Of a stretch of DNA of 64,000 nucleotides, positions 1-13,410 are shown in pieces. The notes under the pieces are model-generated. The model ran no database searches. It had not been told where the DNA came from and worked only from the letters and a program-made list of their open reading frames with translations. How positions within the stretch are numbered: the first letter of the stretch is position 1; the number at the start of each line of letters is the position of its first letter. Both the position numbers and the translations under genes were made by a program. Origin of the DNA: Lama guanicoe (Eukaryota); assembly GCA_013239625.1 (NCBI GenBank), contig MU054212.1, positions 2,418,001-2,482,000 of the forward strand. The letters run 5' to 3'.

Positions 1-49
1 GGAGGAATATTTCTAGAGGAAAACTGCAGACCCCTACCCAAATCAACAT

Positions 50-845
50 TTTTAACAATGACTTTGATTAAATTTGACAAAATAAAGCTAAAAAGATTAG
101 CTACTTTTCTGCGTGAATTCAGAAATCTTTCCATAGCTGGGACAAGATGGAATTTAATGAAACTAAATGAAAAAAATTTTAAGTTCAAAAGACGATGGAC
201 AGAAGCTGTCTTATGCAATTTACATGAGAAACGTCTACCATTTTATTTGGCCACAAGCTTAACTGTGCTGTCACTGATTTTTTCAATATATGAGAAAAGG
301 AAAAAAGGAAGGAAGGAAGGAAACGGACAGAAAAAGAAAACTTTAGACCAAAGACAATAATCCTGCCTTCAGACACCAGAGGGCAGGAACTTTGCTTTGC
401 TTATTAATGCATCCTCCTCACAGTGCTTTAAACAATCTCAATATGATTTTGTGCAATAACTTGTGTTCAGTTTCAGGCATCACACTTTAAATGATCCATT
501 GAAAATGTTCAGTGCACCCAAAATAGGAAACGCAGCATTCCGGTGATTCTGGAGAGTATCCCAGTACAGAAATGTTTGAAAACATTTTGTGTTCAAACCA
601 AAGAAGATAAAGCTGAGGAGAGAAAGGTAGACTATCTTCAAACAGTTGAAGAACTAGCAAATATTTGATGTTGTCAAATTGCTCTGTGTGTTTCAGGATA
701 GAATGCTACAACCAACAGGGGGAACTTACAGGAAAATAGGTTTGGGTCTAATAATGAAACAGTATCTTTCTACAGTAGGAATGAGGTCACAAACATTGAA
801 CTTAATCAGCGCATCCACCATTTGAAATATTTTGAAGAGGTGCTT
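50..845 (+). mobile_element. CR1/L3 LINE relic (ORF2 3' region), interrupted by a short L2 tail at ~370-430
   Basis: Recalled L3 motifs: 'aagatggaatttaatgaaactaaatg', 'ttgtgttcagtttcaggcatcacactttaa', 'ctatcttcaaacagttgaag', 'gggaacttacaggaaaataggttt'. Highly diverged. Confidence 0.7.
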
Positions 846-1929
846 TAAGGCTGCTTAGGAATTCTATTTCCCTTCCATCTCCGTAAGTACATGACTTTTT
901 AGTATCAGTAAAGTAGAATAAGTATTTTTACCTCCCTCAAGGTCATGACAAAAAATCCTTAGTCATCATTGTTTAACTGTCATGTCTTCTACCACAGGCC
1001 AGTGTTTTTGCTATGAGAGGATAATCAGTCTCAAACTTCACCCCCTACAGAAACTGTTGAGGAGGAGATGGATAAGGAAGAAGAGCTGAGGAAAGTAATG
1101 GAAGTACATAAGTATTCTGTGTTGGGAGACATGAGAAAAGCACACAAAAAAAGCTCCAGCCCTTTCCATGGACTAGCATATTCTACAAACCATCTGGCTG
1201 CTGCACAGTGCCCTGCATTAATAGACAGTATGTTCATTCTGATACCATCTTCTTAACTGTTCCAGTCACTAAAATATAAAAATGTAGATCTATGGCAAAA
1301 TGCAATCATTGAAAGCAAGTAATAGGCACATTGGGATTAATTATACCACTGTCTCTACTTCTGTGTATGTTTGACATTGGTCCATACTAAAAAGTTCTTA
1401 TTTTTTGTCTAGCAGGTATCTTCCAAGTATATTCAGAAATGTTCAGGAGAAGCACTGGATCCCTTCTCCTAAATGTGCTGTTGCATGTGGAGGGAGCTTT
1501 GCTAGTTCAACACCCCTTGCCTCTACGACCTCTGGCTCCAACTTCCCTTGGGAAGGAACCTATCTGATAGGTGAGTTTGGGATAGGGAAATGGATACCCA
1601 GCTCGTCTCCTTCCCCTCCCTCATTTCAAGAAAAGCTCAAACTTGGTCTACTCTTCATACTGTAGGTGCATAGAGGCAGCTCCCGTAAGAAGAGGCTGGT
1701 TCAGTGGTACCTGTTACCAAGACAGTAAGCCCAATTCTGGGGTGAAGTATTAGAAAGTTCATTGCTGCTGCATATCTAAGCCTTGTCATCTAATCCAAGT
1801 TTTGTAAAGCTGACAGTTTTAAGCCAATCTATCTGAAATTTTTCTCTTTCAGAGAATCCAGAACTCTGCCCCCAAAAAAGGATGCTTACTTAGCATTGGA
1901 CCCTTAAAGCCCCAGCAGTTCCTACCCCA

Positions 1930-2250
1930 TGACAAGAAAGCATTTCCACTCCTCTCCTGGCATGTTCATCCTTATTAACCAACCTTCTTGAGAAATGTCT
2001 TCTGAAGTGCTACATCGAGTCACTGCTCCCTTGTGTTCCCTCTCTCAGCACTCTGAGTATACCCACATTGTGTCATTTATAGAATTATGTTGCCATTACT
2101 ATTTTCACATCACTGTTGCCAACTAGATGGTGCCTTCCAGAGCAAAGAACTGTCTTATTCATCTATGTACATCCAACCCTGGCATGACGCCTGGTCCTCA
2201 GTTAGGTGTGCTCAAAATGTTCTATAATAGAATGAGTACGTGAATGAAAT
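1930..2250 (+). mobile_element. L2 LINE 3' end fragment
   Basis: 'actagatggtgccttccagagcaaagaactgtcttattcatctatgtacatcc...gtgaatgaa' is a typical L2 3' terminus. Confidence 0.75.
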
Positions 2251-2469
2251 ACTTAGTCTTTTAAGTGAGTAGTTATTAATTCTGAATAATGGTTCCTTCT
2301 TAAGACCTTAGTCATTTTTGCTGATAAAACCTAAGAGCTCTAATGCCTGAGACAACAATCATGTATCTCAACTGAATTTTAATTTATATTGACTTTACTC
2401 ATTTATAATCTATAGGCTCTAAAGGCAATGCATTAATTTACTGAATTCTTTAATTATTACACTGTGGGA

Positions 2470-2595
2470 CCAGTGGTCAGAAATCTTGAGTTTTATTTTT
2501 GGCTCTGTCACTGACATAATTTTGCCTTTGAAGAAATCACTTAAGCAAGTGGTGTCTCAGTTCTGTATCTATAAAATACAGACAATAATTTTCTT
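2470..2595 (+). mobile_element. MIR SINE fragment
   Basis: Core-like 'ggctctgtcactgac...aatcacttaa...tctcagttctgtatctataaaat'. Confidence 0.7.
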
Positions 2596-3108
2596 GGTAA
2601 AATGTTCTAATATCACTTACCAACTAACATTTTCCATATAAAACCTGTATTTTCAGCTTTTTGTTATAACTTAAGACCACAGATAAACCTTGGAAATTAT
2701 TGAAAAGCCAAAATTATTGAAACCTTGGAAATTATTTAACAGCAAGTTATATGTATTTTTTTAACTTCTGTTCATTGGTAATAAAATAATTCTTTAATAT
2801 TGAAATAATCCAAATCCATAAAATTACCTCTTTTCAATGGTAATCACTTATATACTTGATTGAATTAAGGAAGAAAAAAATTGGATATTATTAAATTTGG
2901 TGATACTTGAAAGAAAAATAGTCACATTAAAATATAAACATCTGTTGAACGGTCAATGTAAGAAGAAGGAAAGTCTGATTCAGTATCAGAATGGAATTAC
3001 ATGGCTTCTTCATTTCTAGTAACAGGAAAACCTCCCACCAGCACATGCCTGTTTCTATAGATTTTGCTGGGAAAGAAGGAAGGTGAAGGGAAAGATATAT
3101 TACTAAAG

Positions 3109-3619
3109 TGTAACTGACACTGCCAGTTGTCCACACAATAGTCATTCCTTTGTTTTTCCTAAGAACAAAACCTCAATTTTATTCTGGGCAGCAAGATTCT
3201 TGGATTAAAAAAAAAAATTCCCTCCTTTGCAGCTAAGTGTGGTCCTGAGATTGAGTTCTGACCAAAAAGACGACAGCAAATCTGTTGATGTGCTTTCCAG
3301 TGGGAATCCCTAAAAGAACAACAGACATCTATCATATCCCTGTTTCCCCTTGCTTTTCCCCGCTTCTCTCTGAAATGTGGACTTGATAACTGAACCTTCA
3401 GCAATCATTCTGTGAAAGCCAGTGCGAAGGCTGGCAGAGCACTGACTTAGAAGGAGCCTGGGACCCAGGCACCTTCATAGAATCATCTTACCAGTCCCTG
3501 GGATTTCCTGAGTCCTAACTGCAGCAAAATTCCCTTTCTGTGAGAGAAAATAAACCCTTCAACCTTTTAAGCCATTATGAGCAGGTACTACCTGTCAAAT
3601 GCGATTTCTAAGTGCTACA
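3109..3619 (+). mobile_element. MaLR solo LTR (MLT1J-like)
   Basis: TG...CA ends, 'gacactgccagttgtccacacaata', 'ttgcagctaagtgtggtcctgagattgagttctgacc', 'gtgagagaaaataaaccc...ttaagcca'. Confidence 0.75.
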
Positions 3620-3964
3620 ACACATCCTGCCTCAAAACAAAGACAATCCCAGACCCACATACTTTAAAAGTTTGGGGGGATGAGAAAAGTGTTGCGAGAT
3701 GTTTTACTGCGTTCACTTGCCAAGTTAAATCTTAAAATCTCATACTGAGAAATGATCAGCTACCCTTAGAAACTCTGCATGGGGTCATGGCCCAAGGGAA
3801 CTTTCTTCGTCTTCTTTGTAACAGTCCTCCAAACCAAACAGCTCTCCACCGAGCACAAAAATAAGATTCAATTTAGCTTTAAACAACTGTGATCCCAAGT
3901 ATATGTGACCTGATGAGGAAGTGAGATTGGCTCCTATGGATATTACCTTTTTTTTTTTAATCAT

Positions 3965-4080
3965 TATGAGTTCCTTGAGGGCTGAGATGACCATATTAGT
4001 CATTGCGTTCTCAAGTAATAGGCACTCCACAGATGGATGGTGAATGAGTAAGTGATTTAATGTTTGAGTGAATGAAATGG
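3965..4080 (+). mobile_element. L2 3' tail fragment
   Basis: 'atgagttccttgagggctgaga...gtaataggcactcc...gtgaatgagt'. Confidence 0.6.
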
Positions 4081-5855
4081 ATTCCTACCATTGGAAGTTC
4101 TCAGGGACAGACCCTTCAGCAGCCTAAACTCTTGACATGTGGACTGGCGGATGTGAGAGCCGTCAGCAAGCATCAAGCATTCCCAGAGAGCTGAGAGGAG
4201 CCAGTTCATCCTTTCCTCTGCCAAAAAAGGTGGTGAGAAAGACGGGATAAGAAGGAAGAGGAGACCCCTTCCCTCTACATTCAGGAACTAGACATTTCCC
4301 CTTAAAAAACAGATGATACTGATGGCATCACTGGTTAAACTTTTTAACACTATGACAGCAGGAATCTCTGTTTCCTTTTTTTAATGTAGGAAAAAAATCC
4401 AGATTCATAGGAAAAATAACTTATAAATTTGATAAAAGAGGGTGTGAAGGGTTAGCAGACAGTCACAAAGTGGAGGGAGGCATTTCTGTCAGGAGGAACA
4501 TGTCGGCATGCAAAAGCCTGGAGCATCTGAGGAGTCTTCACTACTCCACGCCATGTCTGTGTCCAAGCACAAAATTCCACTCAGATTAGAAAGAGCAATT
4601 GCAAATTGAGTCCTTGAAGTGATTTTTGCCTTGAAACACTTTCATCAAAGGAAATCTTTAAATAAAAAGTACAACATGCAAAACAGCAGAAGTGGAACCT
4701 CCCTGGTTGAAGAGGAAGGTAAGAGACACAAGGACCGTCTGCTCCCCATACCTCCATCCACTCCTTTTTCCACGTTGCCCTTGGTGGAGAGAGCACAGTG
4801 TGAAAACCACTCAGGACTGTCTCCTTGATCTTCCTACAAACAAACCCATAGGCTGTGAAAATATTCATTTCTTTACTCATTTCTGGGCAGCAGAATAGCC
4901 CATTAGCCCCAAACAAGAAGCTTAAAACTTCACAACCAGCACCTAGCCTCCCCTTTCCCTGCCGTGTATTTTACCTGCCTGCTGTTCCATAAAATGAAGC
5001 AAGAGACTAAATTATTCTTTTAACATTTGGCTGAGTGTATTCCCTTCATTTGACAGTACACCTTAGTTCGAAAGAAGCGATTTGTTAAATGGATTATGCA
5101 AAGTTTAAGCATTACTGACTAACATCTTTCCTCACATATGCCTTTTGTTAACTTCCCAAAACAGCCCTTGGCCATCAGAAAGACAAGGAGAGAGTCCAAT
5201 TAGCTACCTTGGTCCATTCTCCTTGATCAAACAACCTATTTGGTGATTCACATTCTTTCAGTTTCTCAGGTATAAATGTGATTTAGTGCCTTCCTATCTG
5301 GACACCAGATGTTTTATTTGAAAATAGTTACTAGAATATAAATGGAATGAAAACTAATCAGGTTTTTATAAATTCAAATAAGGTAGCTTGTTTCTTTGAG
5401 AAAATCTTTGGTGACTGAGCAAGGAAAGGAGTATTTTCATCAGATGAAACTTGGGCATCGCATGAGAAAGCACAGTGCAGTCTTCCCACATAGCTCTGGG
5501 CACTCCATAAATATTAAACAGCAACAATAAAACCACCATGGCCATGACCTGCAATACCCCTGGATCCTCTTGGCTTCTTATGAACACTGTCTACCTGTCT
5601 AATGGTATAATGTTTGTAAGAGAAAATTGGTAAACTAGAATGGTCTAAGTCTGTACTTAGTAGGAGAGGGAAGTATGGTTCTTGTCAAGCAAGTTTAAAA
5701 GTTCAAGTATTTATTTCTAGATACTGATAGTAAATTTAGTCACTTCTCCTGTGTTCAGTTATTTAGTAGGGATAACAAGCTCGGGATATTGCTATTAAAG
5801 CAAAGTTCAATTATAAGATCAAATATTGCACGTTTTTCAAATTAACTCATTGTTT

Positions 5856-6156
5856 GGGGGAAATTGGTGAAGGTGGTCAAGGGTATACAAACTTACAGCT
5901 ATAAATGAAAATGTTCTGGGATGTAATGTATAGCTGGTGATTATAGTTAACAATATTGTACTGTATATTTAAAATTTGCTAAGAGAGTAGATCTTAAAAC
6001 TTCTCCAAAAAAATCTTCATAACTATGTGAGGTGATGGAATTGTTAAGTAACCTTACTGTAGTAATCGTTTGCAATACATACATATACTGAACCATTATG
6101 ATGTACATCTTAAACTTACTCAATAGTATATGTCAATTATATTTCAATAAATCTGG
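5856..6156 (+). mobile_element. L1 3' UTR fragment (L1MA9-like)
   Basis: 'ggtgaaggtggtcaagggtatacaaac...ttgctaagagagtagatcttaaa...taactatgtgaggtgatgg...gtcaattatatttcaataaa'. Confidence 0.85.
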
Positions 6157-6175
6157 CGGTGGGGGGGTTACTTAT

Positions 6176-6549
6176 TATATTTGTTTGCTAGGGCTGCCAT
6201 AACAAAATACCGCCAATTGGGTGGCTTAAACAAGACTTTCTTACAGTTCTAGAAGCTAGATATCTGAGATGGAGGTGTCAGCAGGGTTGGTTCCACCTGA
6301 GTCCAGTCTTCTTAGCTTACCTTCTCTCTGTGTCTTCTTCACATGGTCTTCCCTTTATGTGTATTTGTGTCCTTATCTTTTCTTCCTATAGAACACCTAT
6401 CATATTGGATTAGGGCCAACTCTTAGGATCTCATTTAAACTTAATTATCTACTTAAAGGCATTATCTTCAAATACAGTCACATTCTGAGGTATCAGGAGT
6501 TAGAACTTCAACATATGAATTTTAAGAGGGCACAATTTGCCCCACAACA
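6176..6549 (-). mobile_element. MaLR solo LTR (MLT1A/B-like)
   Basis: 'ctagggctgccataacaaaatacc...gggtggcttaaacaa...acagtcacattctgagg...acttcaacatatgaatttt...cccacaaca'. Confidence 0.85.
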
Positions 6550-6584
6550 CTTGCTTTAACTTGAAGGAGTCTCAGGCTCACTTA

Positions 6585-6730
6585 CTACAAATCTCTCATT
6601 TTATATTCAGGGAAATCAGATCGTGAGAGGTAGGATGAATGCACAAGAAGAGATCTGCCATAGGACTGGATGAGGCAGGGACAGATTGAGGACTACAACA
6701 GTGTCCCAGATTACGGCCCATTGCTCTTTC
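6585..6730 (-). mobile_element. MIR fragment
   Basis: 'ctctcattttatattcagggaaatcagatc...cccattgctctttc' resembles reverse MIR. Confidence 0.5.
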
Positions 6731-6949
6731 TCTGAACCCTTAGAGAAAGAAGAAATTGTTCCACGAAAATCCTGCTTTGTATTCAGTAGAGAGGTAGTGT
6801 AAAAACCATTCCATAAGTCTTTGATCACTGCTGATCTATGGATTGGACACAGTGAAGTGTCCAGTCAGAACTGTGCACTTCCTTTTAGTCCCAGAGGTAA
6901 CTGCACTGACTTCCAGTATTATTTTTGAGCAAACCTATATGGCTTCATT

Positions 6950-7695
6950 TACCTATCAAAGAGTGTATACATTCTAGGTGTCTTCAAGACAGTCCACTGG
7001 GAATGGGAAGAAAATATTAAAATTTCTGTATTATCTTTTTCATCCTAAAGTGAGAGACAGATTAGTTTAGATGCATTAAATGTATGGATTGACACTGGTC
7101 AGGTGTCATGTGGCACTGAGGGAAGGATGGATATTTCCCAGAGAGGCACTCTTAGAGTTTATATCATGTGTCTGGTTAAATGAATTTATGGTTTATATCA
7201 TCTGATTTGAACTAAATTACCCCTCTCAAAAATGAACAAATGGCTTTAAAAGATTCTTTCAAAGAAACTGCAGATTGAAGATAGTATAAATAATACAAGC
7301 ACAAGTAAATAAGAAAATGGCTGAGCTGAATACTTTCATTCCTAGTATAAGTCCATCATCCGACACAACATGAGGTAAAAGCAATGACGACCTAATTACC
7401 TCTGACACATTGAATCACATTCCTTTCATGCTCTTTTTTTTTAAAGGAAAAAAAAACCTTACAAGATTTCATATGACTTATAGAAAAAACTTATTTTTCA
7501 AATGTTTATTTTCTCTTTATTTCATCTTTTATACATTTAATTATGGGCATGTGTTCACCATGTGCAACACGTACACAGGATGCTATGGTGTGCCAAACAT
7601 GAGGAAAGGTGTAAACATGTACATATTATAAATTCTTGCTCAAACTATTTTTTGCTATTGTATCGTATGATCTAAAATGCTTGGTTGCCCTTGGC
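6950..7695. mobile_element. hAT-Charlie DNA transposon relic (Charlie4-like)
   Basis: Recalled motifs 'tccactgggaatgggaagaaaatatta', 'aaagaaactgcagattgaagata', and end 'tgctcaaactattttttgc...tgatctaaaatgcttgg'. Confidence 0.6.
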
Positions 7696-7814
7696 CACAG
7701 GTATTTGGAATACTGAAAGGGCAGAAAAGGTGCTTTCCCACAAGCCGCTGCCCTGCCTTTCTTCTATAGCTTTCTTGTACTCAACAGCAGATCTGTATTG
7801 GGGGAGGGCAATTT

Positions 7815-10800
7815 TTTTTGGATTTTAGCCTTTTATTAAAGTTTAACATACACACAAAAGTTGCATAATTCACAATGACTTTCTCAAAGTGAACACATTC
7901 ATGTCAGCAACACCTAGATCAAGAAACAGAACAACTCCAAGACACCAGGAGCTCCTCTAGTGGCCCCTTCTACTCACTAGCCCAGCCAAGGGAAACAACT
8001 ATTGTGTTTTTACACCATAGCTTAGTTGTGCTGTTTTTGAACTATATATAAATGGAATCATGCTGCCTTTTCATTTTTGATTTGTAGGAGTTCTTTATTC
8101 TTTCTGGATGCACGCTCTTTGTATTGAAAATACATACGAATTTTTATGTATTGAAAAACATCCTCTTCCACTCTGTGGCTTGGCTTACCCTTTTACTCTT
8201 CGTGGTGACTTTTGAGGAGTAGGAGTTCTTCATTTCAATATAGTCTAATTTATCACAAAATTTGTCTTTTATACTTAAGAGTATTTATGTCTTGTTTAAG
8301 AAATCTTTGCCTATTGTAAGGTTATAAAAATGTTCTCCTTTGTCTTATTTTTAAAGTTTTACGTTTTGCCTTTAAATTTAGATCTGAAATCCATCTGGAG
8401 TTAATTATTTTTTGACATGGTATAAGGTAGTGGCCAAGATTCGTTTTTTCATATGGATATTCCAGTTAACCAGCATCATTGATTTTAAAATACTCACTTC
8501 TTCCCACTGCACTGCAGCATTACCTTTTTCATGGGACTGTGACTATTAATTTGGGGTCTGTTTCTGAATTTTCTCTGTTCCATTGGTCTGTTCTTGCATC
8601 CTTTATCTCTCCTTGCATCAATGCCACACTCCTTTTTAGCTTTAAGATAGGTCTTCAGTCTGGTAGAGTAACACTTCCATCTTTATTCTTCCTCAAAAGT
8701 GTTTTGACTTTTTCGGGTCCTTTGCATTTACATATTGATTTTAGAATCAGCTTGTGATTCTCCATTAAAAATGCTGAAATTCCAGTTGTAACAACATTGA
8801 ATGTGTAGTTCAAACTGGGTAGAATAGACATCTTCCCATCTATGGCCACGATATATTGCTTCATTTATTTAGGTCTTTAACTTCTCCCAGTAATGAATTG
8901 TGGTTTTTCAGTTTAAAGTGTAAATTTTAGTTTTCACATCTTACATTAAATTTATTCTCAGTCATCTGATATTTTTCTGTTGCTATTGTAGACAGTATCT
9001 TTTTTAAATGTCAATTTCTAATTATTTGTTGCTGGTGTATAGAAACAGAAATTCATATTAGCAAGAGATCTTTTATCCAGATATCACGTCAAATTCTCTA
9101 ATTCTAATCCTTTTTTCTTATAACCTGCTACCTTGCTAAATTCACCAGTTAATTTTAATGGCTTGTCTCTAGATTCATTCAAATTTTTGACAAGATCATG
9201 TTATCTATAAATAATACATTTTATTTCTTCCTTTCCAATATTCATGACTTGTATGTATGTATGTGTTTGCTATTAATGTACCAACTAAGACTTTCAATTC
9301 AATATTGAATAGAAATAGTTATGAGAGACTTCCATGTCTCATTCTCAGTCTCATGGGAAATCTTCTATTATTTCATAATTATGATGCTTGCTTATAGTGT
9401 TGTTTTTTTAATTTTTGTAGGTAATCCTTATCAACATCAGAAAATTCTTTTTTGTTTCCATTTTATTAAGAGTTTTATGAAAAATCATAAATCTATTTGA
9501 ATTTTATCATATACTTTCCCTGTATTTATTTATATAATGAATTACATTTTTTGAGTTTTGCATAATATTAAAAACCCTTACATTACTGGAATAAAGTTGT
9601 GATGCGCTATCCTATTGTCATGTTGCTGAGTTCCATTGGCCAATGTTTTGTGTAGGATTTTTATGTCTAAGCTGATGAAAGACATGGGTTTATAATTTTC
9701 TTTCTTTTAATGATCTTGTCAGTTTATAGATCAAGATTGTACCACCACAAGAGAGAGTTAGGAAGTATTTTTTCTATTCATATTCTCTGGGAGAGTTGTG
9801 TAAGAATCATGATATTTCTTGCTTCCATATTTGTAAAACTCTACTTATGAAGCTATCTCAGTTTTCTGTGATAAGGTTTTTATTAACAAAATCAATTTCT
9901 TCAACCAGTATAGGGATATACAAATGTTTTCATTTGTTCTCTCAGTTTTGGTAAGTTGCATTTTTAAAGAATTACGTTTTTTTCTCTAAATTGTTTAATG
10001 TATTGGCATGAAGTTGCTTATAATCTTTCATTGTTTTCTTAATGTCAGTTGGGTTTGTAGTAATGTTTCCTGATTCGTTCTTGACATAAGTAATTTGTGT
10101 TTTCTCTATTTTTTTTCCTTGGTTGATCTTTCTTACTTTTTTAATTTAATTTCTTTTTATTTAGGAATAGTCAGTTTACAGTGTCGTGTCAATTTCTGGT
10201 GTACAGCACAATGCCTCAGTCATACATGAATACACGTATATTCGTTTTCATATTATTTTTCACTGTAAGCTACTACAAGATATCTAATATTGTTCTCTGT
10301 GCTACACAGTATAAACTTGTTTATCTATTTTATATACTCCTTGGTTGATCTTTCTAATGGTTTATCAACTTTATTAATGTTTTCTAGGAATCAGCTTTGG
10401 GTCTGCTTGATTTAGTCTATTTTACACTCATTTTCTATTTCATTGGTTTCTGCCCTTATCTTTATTGTTTCCTTCCTCTTGCTTGGATTTGACTTGCTGT
10501 TTCTGTTTTCTAGTTTCTTGAGGAGGAAGCTTAAATCACAGATTTTCAGTTTTTATTATTCTAATACATGCATTAAAGTCTCTAAATTTTTCTTAGGGAA
10601 CTGCTTTAGCCGCATGCCACATATTTTGATATACTATATATTATCATTCAGCTCAAAACACTTTCTAATTTCTATTAAAGTTTCTTCTTTACCTGTTGGT
10701 TATTTAGGAGGATATCAGTCAACTTAACAGGCAATCGGGCATTTTTTAGCTACCTGTTATTTATTCCTACCTTATTTGCACTGTAGACAGAGAACATATT

Positions 10801-12460
10801 CTGAATAACTTTAATCTTCTGACATTTGTTGGGGTTAGTTTTTACCCAACACATCATCAATTACGGTAAAGATTTACTGTGCACTTAACAGCATAAATTT
10901 GGCTGTTGTTGGATGCAGTGTTCTGTATAGGTCAGTTAGGTTAAGTCATACAGACATTCTATATTTTTAATGATACTGACATGCTTCTATGTTTCTCTTT
11001 AGTTCTATCAATGTTTGCTTTATTTTTAAACTATATTATTGGGCACATACAAATTTCAGATTGCAACATCTTCCTGTTGGGCTGATTTATTTATAGTTTT
11101 GAAATCTCTCTTAATCTCTGGTGATACTTACCTTAAAGACTATTTTGTCTGGTATTAGTCTAACTACACCAGCTTTCTTTTGTTGTGTTTCTTTTACTTT
11201 AAACCATTCTCTGTCTTTACATTTAAGGTGTACCTCTAGAAATCAACATATATTTAAATTTTTGTTTTGTAATCTCACAATCTTGGTCTTTTACTGACAG
11301 TATTAAATCCATTTACATTGTAATTAATGATATAACGGGTTTAAACATAACATCTCATTATTTTTTATTTGACCCATCTGATTTATGTTTTTTCTCCTTC
11401 CTTCATTTGGAATCTAATTAAGTGTATGGTAAATATTTTCTCTATGCCTCACATATCTACTGCACTCTTATCCTTATTTCCATTCTTTTTTCTATGTATG
11501 CTTTATTTTGAGATGTTTTCCATTAATTGGCCTTCTAAGTTCTTTAATCCTGTCTTGTCCTGTCTGTCTTTGATCTATGTTAAATCCATCTATTGTGTAC
11601 TTAATTTGATATATTATATATCTTATTTTTGAAATTTCCATTTGCTTTTTTCTTGATTCCAATTCTCTGGTGAAAATTTTCCATTTTTAATCTCTATTTT
11701 TTTTCTTTTCTTGAGCATAATAATTAAGGTTATTTCCAAATGCCTGTTATTTAACCACAATATCAAGATCATCTGATAGTCTGTTTCTGAAGTCTGATTT
11801 TTCTCTTGGAGTTTGGTTATATGATCGTGTTTCTTGACATACATAGTGATTTTCATTTGAATGACAGACATGATGGCCAGATGTTGTTATCTTTCACCAG
11901 AGAATGTCAATCACTTCTACTAGGTATAATGGACTCAGGCGGATGGTGATCTCCTTTATCTAGTTAGGGGCTAAGCTGAGTCAAGGCTGTACTGCAATTT
12001 TAGTAGGACGGTCTAGCTCTAATTTAACCTGGTTTCTAGAGCAAGGCATGTGTAAAAGCCAAAGGTTTTAACTGAGAGCTAATGAGTCTTTGTTTCTCCA
12101 GAACCAAGAGGCTCTGGGAAATCTCTCTCTGTATTTGTTAGCCTCACAGATGCCTTCAGAATTTGGCATATACCTTGAGGAGAAAATAATCATGTATTTG
12201 AGACTCCTTGAACCAAAAATTTCAGCCTATTCTTGGAACTGACAAAATCCTTCAGACAAAACGAGAATGAAAAGTGTTAGCTAATCTCTAAAAGGTTCTC
12301 TCCTCTCCAGAACTTTTATCCTGTTTCTCACTGCTTCTTCACTTTTAAAAAATGTCTTTAAACATATGGATTTTTGTGTGTTTTACCCATCTTTTGGGGT
12401 TGTTCTCAGCAGGAGTGCAAGTTTGACACAAACTATTCCATTCTACCCCATAGTGGGAGT
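7815..12460 (-). mobile_element. Old, internally deleted L1 (L1M/L1ME-type): 3' UTR, ORF2 and ORF1/5' remnants
   Basis: T-rich antisense L1 sequence: 'ttttattaaagtttaacatacacac', 'ctttgcatttacatattgattttagaatcagcttg', 'tgctttagccgcatgccacatattttgata'. ORF 8655-8864(-) 'KMSILPSLNYTFNVV...KLILKSICKCKGP' is ORF2-like. Confidence 0.9.
10134..10337 (-). mobile_element. Young 5'-truncated camelid/cetartiodactyl L1 3' end nested in the old L1
   Basis: Perfect 18-bp direct repeat TCCTTGGTTGATCTTTCT at 10116-10133 and 10338-10355. T-rich tail at the left end. Body resembles the L1 3' end at ~61030-61225. Confidence 0.88.
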
Positions 12461-13239
12461 CCTCAGTCTCTGCTTGGGAAGCAAAGGAAGTAGCAGTCTT
12501 AATTACTTGCTACCTGAAAAGAGTTTTTAATTTGTAAATTCCACTAAGGAGTTTTTCTTCTTTGGTTGTTTTATGAGGAAAGAATTACTTTAGGGCCAAA
12601 ATTCATTTTTAAAACCCTGCTTGTTTACAGGCTGAGGGCAACATGGAATAGCAAAGTTGAATAATCCTTTTGTAGTTTGAAATCTAGCCAGGCATAGGGT
12701 AATTATAAAAAGCAACCAGTTAAATGAATATAAAGCAAGCCGACAAGAAATCTGCAGAACACGGTGACTTGTGTAATGTTCTCTTCTCACTGTCAAGTAG
12801 AAACTCTCTGCTGTATTAACTAAATGTCAAATACAGTAGTCGAGAACACTGTGGGCTTCTTAAATATACTACAGACATCATTTGTCAACTTTCTCTACAA
12901 CAGGAGTAAGTTATTCATAAAAACACTTTTTCATTATATATTAATTCTGATCTGAATTTCATTAGGATATGAAAATTACATAGAGTAAAATACTTATTCA
13001 TATGAATATATCTCTGAGGATGCTATTTTGAAATTACTATTTATCATATTTTTAATAGGAGAATGATCTTTTCCTTCAAGTGTTTAAAGATGCTCAATGA
13101 ATCTTAGAATAATGTATTAAAATTTTCCTGTTAACATAAATAAATTCTGCTCTTCCACCTTATTTTTACTTATAATCAGTAATAATAAAAATATTAGTAA
13201 ATTTAATGCCATACTGCATAAAGGTTGTTAAATGCACAC

Positions 13240-13410
13240 TCTGGGTCAGAGCTTACTGCTTGTATGTATCACCTCAGTGAGTCACTGCATCAGCTGTGTA
13301 ACGTGTTCCTAACTTATTTTTATAGATAAGGAAACTAAGTTTAGGCTATTGCACAGGTTTGTTTGACACCAAAGCTAATACTCTTAACCAAAACTATATG
13401 CTGTCTCTGA
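13240..13410 (-). mobile_element. MIR fragment
   Basis: 'attttatagataaggaaactaag...tttgacaccaaagctaatactcttaacca'. Confidence 0.7.

Noticed and set aside
1430..1830. Possible old ERVL-type LTR
   Set aside because: The resemblance is too vague to assign a family or boundaries.
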